Positions 1-9,000 of a stretch of DNA of 64,000 bases are shown in pieces (positions within the stretch are counted from its first letter, which is position 1; the number at the start of each line of letters is the position of its first letter). This DNA comes from a virus. The stretch covers positions 64,001 through 128,000 of the IMG/VR virus record IMGVR_UViG_3300023184_000039. The stretch is one strand, 5' to 3'. Under the pieces are notes generated by a model. The model ran no database searches and was not told where the DNA came from. It saw nothing but the letters and a program-made list of their open reading frames with translations. Made by a program: the position numbers and the translations under genes.

Positions 1-3000
1 TCGTTGCCGGTATCGGGAACAAAGACAGCGTTGGCGACATTGTTATTAGTGGTGCTTTTGCAAAGAGTTTGACCCGAAGGAAGCCACGCGTTGTTTGGGG
101 ACACAGTTGGAACGACCCAATCGGCAAAGTTCTTGAGATGTACGAAGTTCCACCAAATGATTCTCGCCTACCAGCAAAAATGAAGGCGGCCGGAATTGGT
201 GGCTTGTATGCCCGTGTTCAATTTAACTTGCAGTCAGATAAGGGCAAAGAGGCATTTGCGAGCGTTGCCTTTTTCGGTACAGACCAAGAGTGGTCAATCG
301 GATACAAAACAATAGATGCAATTTTTGACCCTAATCTTCAGGCAAATGTTCTTAAAGAAGTTGAACTGTATGAAGTTTCTCCAGTCCTTCACGGTGCCAA
401 TCAATTAACTGGAACCATCTCGGTTAAGAACCACCCAGTCAGTTCGGCGATGCCAACGATGATGCCAATGACAATGGACCAAATGCCTCGGATAGTTATT
501 GTTAGTTCTGATTCGATTGGCGAACCACAAGAAGAGCGCGAAGAAGACGATGAGCAGGAGTTAAATCTTTTTGCCGAGGGATTAGCGCAACCATTGACCG
601 ATGAGCAAAAAGCAAAGATACAAAGCGAACTTTCGGAAAGAACTGGTTCAAAGGTAGAAATAACCCATGCAACCGAGGGTTCAATAGTATTCAAGAGGAC
701 GACAACAGACGGAAAAACTTCCATGTACCGAGTTGGGTATCACACCCCAGACGATTACAACACCTTCATGTTCGGTAAGCCAGAAATTTATGCTGATGGG
801 GAAAAGCCTCAAGCCGAAACAGAAATTCAGTCAAAGCCAAACCCAGACACACCAGTTGTACTTGCTGATGGCGGGGCTTCTTACCGTGACAACGAACAAC
901 AGATGTCATCATTCCTCGGTTCTGAAGAGAATGTAAACCCATGGGGCAAATCATTAGCAATGCATCTCATTCAATTGCCGGGATATTCAATGAAGGATGC
1001 ATCGCAAAAACTTTCTTCAATTTTTGAATACCACAAACTTGATGTTGTTGAAACAAATAACGGTCTACTTGTAACCAGTCAGTTGTCATCGGATGCAATG
1101 GATGCATTGCAAGTTGCCGTAAAGGGGATTGGTCAAGCACTTGGTCAATCTGCTGGAACATTGCGTTCAATGTCAGAGGGATTTAACCCACATGCAATTG
1201 ACGGTGACAATGATGGTTTTGCACAAGACAACACTGCATTCATGCGTCCCTATATTCCAATCGGAAGTCTTGATATAAACCTTCCAGACATTGGTGGAAA
1301 AAAACGTAACTCTTCTGATTTATTGGACATGCCATCGCTGGGGTCAAAGATTCCCGATGGTGACCCATCACTACTGTCTGGCACTGAGCGCGAAGCCGCA
1401 CTTGCTGCAGGAAAATTAACTCCTCGCACGCGCGAAGACATGATGTTCCTTGCTGACAGAAGACCAAATAATCCAGGTCTCGCCAAGTATTGGGACATGA
1501 ATGACAATGAACTCACACTTGCTGGACAGCGACTCAAGAGTCAGCGTGCTTCTGTTTCAAGTAACGAGCGCGGTCCAATTGATGCGGAACTATACAAAAT
1601 CTCACATGAGTTCACTCGTCGCCAATCGTACGAGCAACAGTTTGGCAAGAAATTCACTCCGTCAAAAGACGGTAAGAAGAAACCAGAAAAACTAAATGCC
1701 GCTGGTCGTACCGCCGAACAAGAAGCTCAACGGATGGAAAAATTTAGAGCCGATGCCGATACCGAGATTGTTGATGATGCAAGAGCACTCGGTTCGCGCT
1801 CTGGGGAGAAACCGAAGAAACCAAATACTGCTGGTCGTACTGCCGAACAAGAAGAATTGCGAACGGAAAAATTGCGCGACGGTGCAAACGACGACCTGAT
1901 TACAGATGCATATGACCGTGGCGAACTTGGTTCACGTTCAAATCCAGAACAGAGTGCGGCAGGACAGAAAATAATTGAAGACATGCTGGTTGCTCGTGGT
2001 TACGGCAGAGAAGAAGCCGGCAACATGCTTGACAACTGGAACGAAAACGACAACGGCACAGAAGAAATTCTTAAGTCAAATAAAAATGACCTTCTTGCTT
2101 CAATTGAAGAACATTGGTCAAATGCACTTGACAGAATGAATGACGATAAAGAGTCTCGCAGTCTTGGCTCACGCAGTGGCGAAAACCCAACACCAGACTA
2201 CCAAGACCAGTTTGATTCCGTTGTTGAAAAATGGTTTGACTCGCTACCAGACAGCAAGGAACGCGTTCAGGAATATCTTGACGAAGGTTTTGGTAAACAG
2301 AACGCTCGTGAAACAGCAATAGAAAAATGGATGGAATTAGAACAGAGTGAAAATCCAGAACTGTTCATGGACGAAATCCAGAACAGAATTGACGACTTAA
2401 ATGAAAACAGATGGGACGACTACCAGTCTCGTAATCTGGGTTCGCGTTCAAAGCCACTTGGTTCACGTGGTGACAAAGACGAATCAAACCGAGAAGAGAC
2501 ATTGGCTCAACGCCTAAAAGAAATTGATGGACTTTCTGCTGAGGAAGGATACATACCAAGACGCGGTCCACAACCTAGCGACCTTCAGCGTGACATGTAC
2601 GAGGAATTTGCAAGGTACGGTAACCAAAACGATGTTTGGGATTATCTGAACACTAGATACAGTGTTGAGAAATCTGATTACAGTGAGCCAGGATACTATA
2701 CAAATGAAAACAATTACAATCTCAGTGGCGCAATAAAAGACTCCATGTCCGAAGAGGACATGCGGAACTTTTTGAAAGCAGTAGCCGAATATGAGGCCAG
2801 CCCAGACTACGACGTATACAAAAAGGGAGGCCCCCTATACGACGAGTTGAACAAAAATCCGAAGCCACTCGGTTCACGTAGTTCTGACCCAATTGATGAG
2901 GCAATGAAGAAGCCTTCCAAGCCAGCAAAAATTCGTGAATACGGCGCCGAAGAGTATCAAGAATTTAATACCAGCAGGAACAACGACCCTCAGCAAGGTT

Positions 3001-6000
3001 TTGATGAACCAGTCTCTGATGATTTCAAATCTCACGAAGATGGCTCAAAATTTGTTGGACATACGGTTACCTTTTCCGATGGAAGAAGGGGCGTCATCGT
3101 CCAGGGTTATTGGCCAGAATATGAAATTATAGACAACGATGAATATCCCCCATCATTCATCTTTGACAGGGTTGGGAGTATTGATATTGCCGTCACACAC
3201 GACAAAGATGGCAATCGCCTAGATAAAATTCAATATGAAAAAGCAAAATTTGACCAAGAGTCAGACCTTGCGATTGCAAGCGAAGAATATCCATTTGAAT
3301 ATTACAATGACCCCGAACTCGCAGATGAGTTTAGTAGGTCATCCGTTCAGATTGACGACAACAAGGTAAGCCTTGAGGAGGTAGAAAAACTTAAACAACG
3401 CCCGAGCAAGCCACTCGGTTCACGTGGTGCACGCAAATCAACAGATGACTACAAAGATTTGGTTGATTGGTTGCCAGACCCAACCTCTGGCTCAACGAGG
3501 AAATACACAGATACCACCGATGGCGCCCTCAAGGTTGCCGAGGACAGGTATGCACTCATTCATGCTCGTCGTGAAATTGCCAAGGAAATGGCAGAAGCGA
3601 ACGGCGTAGAGTGGAAAAAGAACATCAGTATTTATGATGTATCAAAAGATGATGACGATATAGACATATTGGAAGACCTAACCAGCAGAATCAACAAACT
3701 CAATGATTATGTGACTGCACAAGACAAAGAATACAGACAAATTCGCAACCAAGAGAAAAAGGTCTACAAATCTGATTCGGAACTATCAGATATTAAGAAT
3801 TCAATAGACCTCGCTCTTGAAGGTTACGAAGGTACCGAGCGTGATATTGAGGAATATTCGGGCGACAATGCCGTGGACTGGTTCACTACAACACCAGAGG
3901 AAAATACAAAAGAACTAGCAGATAGTTTGAGGGATGACTTGGAAGAGTTGACCATTCACGAGGACGAGAATGGAAACGAGACACTCGCTAGAGAGTATTC
4001 CGAAGATATTGCCGAAGCAAAGACCCTGATAGATAAGGGCACACCAGAAGATTTGCAAAAAGCAATAGAGGTAATGCAAGGTGCTATTCGCAAGCAATCT
4101 GATGATTACGATACTGCTGCAAGAAATTACGAAGCTGAGGGTGACGAACTCCTTGGCCGTGGGTATAGACCAGTTGACTTGCTAGACGAAGATGTGGACT
4201 TTGCCGATGACACCTGGGAGTATGACGACGATTTAGACATAAAGGATGTTGGCGGCAAATACTCCATAATTCCCGACGAACTCTATGGCCCAGAACCAAC
4301 AGACAGTCCTTTCCATAGTGGCAAGGAGTCAGTTGACTATTACATGGGTCGGTCCAAGAATGCCCAGTACCTGAAACAGCAGGGCGTAGGACGATATGCT
4401 CTTGGCTCACGCTCGCAAGCGGATTCAGAGGGGCAAAAACCACCACGCAGAGCGGTTCTGATGTCGATGGACCCCAAGAATTCCAAACTTGCAAGACAGA
4501 TTGATTACGACCCACAAAATGGTGACCTCACTGTTTACCGCAAAGATGGCAAAAAAGAAACATTCAAAAATGTTTCTTATGACCGTGTTCGTGCGGCCGG
4601 AGTAAAAGACGACCCAGATACGCTCATTAATGCACTTCAGAAAGAGCAGAACAAGCCACGAAGTGGCTCGCTTGGTTCACGTCAAACATTGCAAAAGATT
4701 GATGTTGGCGACAGCCAGGCAATAGACGACATCCATTACGACGATATGCGCAAAGAACTGCATGTCGGTTTTACATCCCCAGATGGAGAGACTCGTCGGT
4801 ACACATATTTTGGTGTTTCGCAAGATGAGGCAGATGCCATTGATGCATCACCAAGCAAGGGTCGTGCAATCAACGACATCAAGAGAAACCACGATGTGGA
4901 GAAGATTGATTCGTCTGCCCTCAAGAGAGTGACTGGGACCAGCGACGAGCGCATGATTAGCCCCCTTACTGATTCTTCTGGAAAATATCCAGGTATCGGC
5001 GAACCAATTGATGTATCTGGAAGTTCTGCTTTAGAGGATGCTTTCTACGACCCTCGTAAGAGAGAGTTGGTTGTCAAATACAAAGATGGTGGCTCGTATG
5101 TCTACGAGCAAGTTCTTCCCGGAGAAGCAAGTACATTAAATTCTGCCCCAAGTAAAGGTCGTGCAATTAACGACATTAAAAAGAATCACTTTGTTCGCAA
5201 GTATGAAAAAGAAGCCGGCTCGTCAAAACTTGAATGGAGCGAGACAAGCGGAACCAGTTCGGAAACTTCTGGTCGCTCGGGTCTTGACTACACAATTGAA
5301 AAACAAGCAGATGGAACCTTTTCTGCTGAGGCTGGAAAATCCACATACTCCTACCAAGACGGTCCCGATTTTGAAACCGTTGACACAGCAGACGGATTTG
5401 AGACAGAAGATGCCGCAAAGACATGGGCAGCACAACACGATTTTGCTATTATTGAAAGAGAATCAGGATACGACAAAATTGACAGAGACAATGAGAGGGC
5501 TCGTAGGAACCAACCAGTAGATGTTGGTTACAGTTCAGCACTCGAATCTGCAAGTTGGGATGAAAGAAACAATGAATTAAGCATCACGTACAAGGGTGGA
5601 AAGAAATACATCTACTCAGACTTCACTCAAGACGACCTTGACAAATTTGAAGCCAACCCAAGTAAGGGCAGAGCAGCAAACGAAGTCAAAAAGAATCACC
5701 CAGTCCGCAAGGCAGACAGTGGCCCACTTGGTTCACGTTCCACCGGGAAGTCATCTCCATCAAGAGCGGTCATTCCAACAATGCCAGACATTGATGGAAT
5801 GGATGAACAAGATGCATCGGACGCATTAGAAAAATCCAATGAAGAGTTGCTTGATTTTATTGATGAAACAGAAAAACTGGCAAGAATGTCGCGTGGTGAC
5901 GATAACTACAACAAATATTTCGGTGGTGCAGTTCCATACATAGAAGAACTATCCAAGAACCATGACGGTTCAGTTGAAGAGCGTAGTATTGCTTTGGAAC

Positions 6001-9000
6001 AAGCAATTGACCAAGCAATGTTATATAGTCAGGATGTTGGTTCTTTGGGTGACGAGCGTGAGTCTCGCGAACTCGGTTCGCGTTCTGGTGCAGGTATCTA
6101 TCGCAGTCCTGGGCGCGGTGCTCCACGACCAATTCGCAGAGATGAAGGACTCCGTGAATTGACCCCATTTGACGAACTCCCGCCAAAGGTTCAAGAACGT
6201 GTCAACGAAAGTGTCATGGAATATCTCTATGACGAAAATCGCGGCATGTATTATGACGCCCAAGACGGCGGCGTTGACATGGATGAATTCCTTTCAGATA
6301 ATGCAGGATTCCATCCATATGGATATGTGGCTTTGACAGACAAGGAAAGAGCCCAAATTCGCGAACAAATGATGGATAGGTTTGCACCAAGAGAATACAT
6401 GGATGAGTATGGCGACGAAGTAGATGCAATGATTGCCAACTGGGACAAAGAAGTGGAAGTAAACCCAGACGAAATGGTTGATTTGCTGGACAAGAACAAG
6501 GATGACTATGTTGAGGCCATTCGCGATGCATGGGATATTGAGATGGATAGGCAACTCAATTCTCGTGAACTCGGTTCACGTAGTTCGGGCAACATTGACG
6601 ATGTTGATGTAAGTGGGTCAAGTGCTCTTGATTCTGCCTACTACCATGCGCCAACAGGTGAACTCGTAGTTGGTTATGCCAATGGAAGAAGTTATGTCTA
6701 CGAAGGAGTATCCAACGAAGAATTCCAAAACTTTAATGACAGCCCGAGCAAGGGCAGGGCTATCAACGAAATCAAGCGCACACATAGCTTCCGAGTTGCC
6801 AGTGATGAGGACAGAAATGACCGCATTGCAGGTGACAGAAGTGAAAGTGATGCAATGTCAAGAGGTGCTCTTGAGTCAAACTGGAAGAGAATCGGTTCAG
6901 CAGAACAACAACGATATCTTTCCCGTGAAACCAATAGTGCAATAAGTTCTGGTTCTGGTCAATCAACGGACGAACTTCTTAATGCAGCAAAAATGAGAGC
7001 CATGGATGACAGAAACATGGCCGACCTAGAAATGCAAGCAGAGTCGGTTGGTTCTGGTGGACGAAGCATTGATGTTTCTTCGAGTCAGGCACTCAACCGA
7101 GTGACATACGATAAAGAAAACGAATTACTCTCTGTTGAATATCGCGGCCGTGACGGTAAGGGTGCTGGAACGGTTTACGAATACCAAGGTGTCCCAGAAG
7201 ATGTTGTAGCAAGCCTAGAGTCGTCAGACAGCCGGGGTGCAGCACTTCGTCAAATCAGAGACGACTACGAATTCACTACTCGTGATGCACTGCCAGATTC
7301 TGCATATGACAAAACATCAAGCAAGCCACTCGGTTCAAGCAGCTCCAACAATACCCCTAATTTCAATCGTGAAGACATGGGTAAAATTCTTGACCGCGTT
7401 AGACAAACGCGAGAATTCCAAGACCTTGAAGAAGTCCAAAATACTCTTGACGGATACATGGAGCGTTCTCCAAGCAGAACCCGTGCAAGTTATCCAGAAC
7501 TTGATAAAGAAGAAGTAAGGGTAAGCAAACTGCTTGTTGAGAAGCGCAACGAGATAATTGCGGAGATGCTTGATGCTGGTGAAATAACAGACATTTCTGG
7601 TAAGCGTAAGCCACTCGGTTCGGGTGGGCGAATGGGGCCACGACCAGATGATTCTTCATATGCTCGTGACCTTGCAGACCAACGAAACAGAGATTATGCA
7701 GCAGGGGCCTACGCAACAAACCCAATAGGTAGATTTGCAGAAAACACAGATGGTGATAAGCCGTGGGTTTCGTATGAAGACCTAGACGCCGATGTTCGTG
7801 GCGAAATTGAGCAATCATATTATGAAAGCAATCCTGGGAGCCCACGTCCTGGAGCACGAGACTGGGACTCAGATTATGCACAAAACGACTTTGAAATGAA
7901 CCCAGGGAAGTATGGGTATGCGGACGAGGCAAGTTTTGAAGAAGATTTTTCTGCCGATATGGCAAGGTTTGAATCTAGGCGCAAGCGACTTGGTTCAAGT
8001 AGTGGCTCTTGGCCAACACCAAGTGGATATGAGCCAGACGAGTTCAACATGAACGAAGCAATGTCGCAGATTGGTCGTGGCAATATTGCTGCAATCTCTG
8101 GTGGCAGAGTTGTTAAGCGTGGCAATGAAATGGTTCTCCCAGTCAACAGGAATCAACAAGTAGTTGTTGGTTACAACGGCGGCTCGGATACCTATTACGT
8201 TCGAGCAGAACAAATAATCACAAGTGGCAAAGATAAAGGTAAACACAAAATCCTCGCACAATGGGGTGAGGTTTATGCAGAAAATGTTGGAGAAACGGCA
8301 TACAACGCATCTTTGAAACCATCAATGCACAGTGAAGAAAATGCAGATTTCTGGAAGACATCAGACCTTATTCCAAAGAACACGCTTGTTGACGGTGAAA
8401 CCGGAGAGAAGATATCAAACGCAGGACCACTCGGCTCACGTGGTTCACCCGGAAGCACTCGCCCAGGAATGGGTGTCTATACCGAAAACAGCGACGACAT
8501 GCTTTACGACGAAGCAAACGGACCAAGAAACTCAATTAGGCGTCGTGGCAACTATTCGCCACCAAACCAAAGACTGCTTGCAAGACAAGACAGAGCAGAA
8601 GCAATTGAAGAACTTGCTCAAAAAAATATTACACGGATGGATATTCTCAGAAAGACAAACCCTAAGAGATTTAGGGAAATGCTCAAGCGAGAAAATATAG
8701 ACCGTAGGGATTGGCGAGAACTTGCATACAGAGATGCAACAAATGCAATTGACCAACTTGCTAGGTATCAAGAACGCCGAGCCAGCGGTAACGGCATTAG
8801 AAGACCGCCTGGCGGCAACCTCCCAAAAGTTGACCCGTCACCACGGGGTGACGGACTCTCGCCGTTTGCAAACCTGAAAGACGGCGACATCGTCACTCTT
8901 GATAACGGAGCATTTAAGGTAAACGGAACTGAAGAATTGCGTGGAGCACTTGGTTCTCGCGCATTTAATTACGGACCAGAAACAGAAGTGAAGACAAAAG

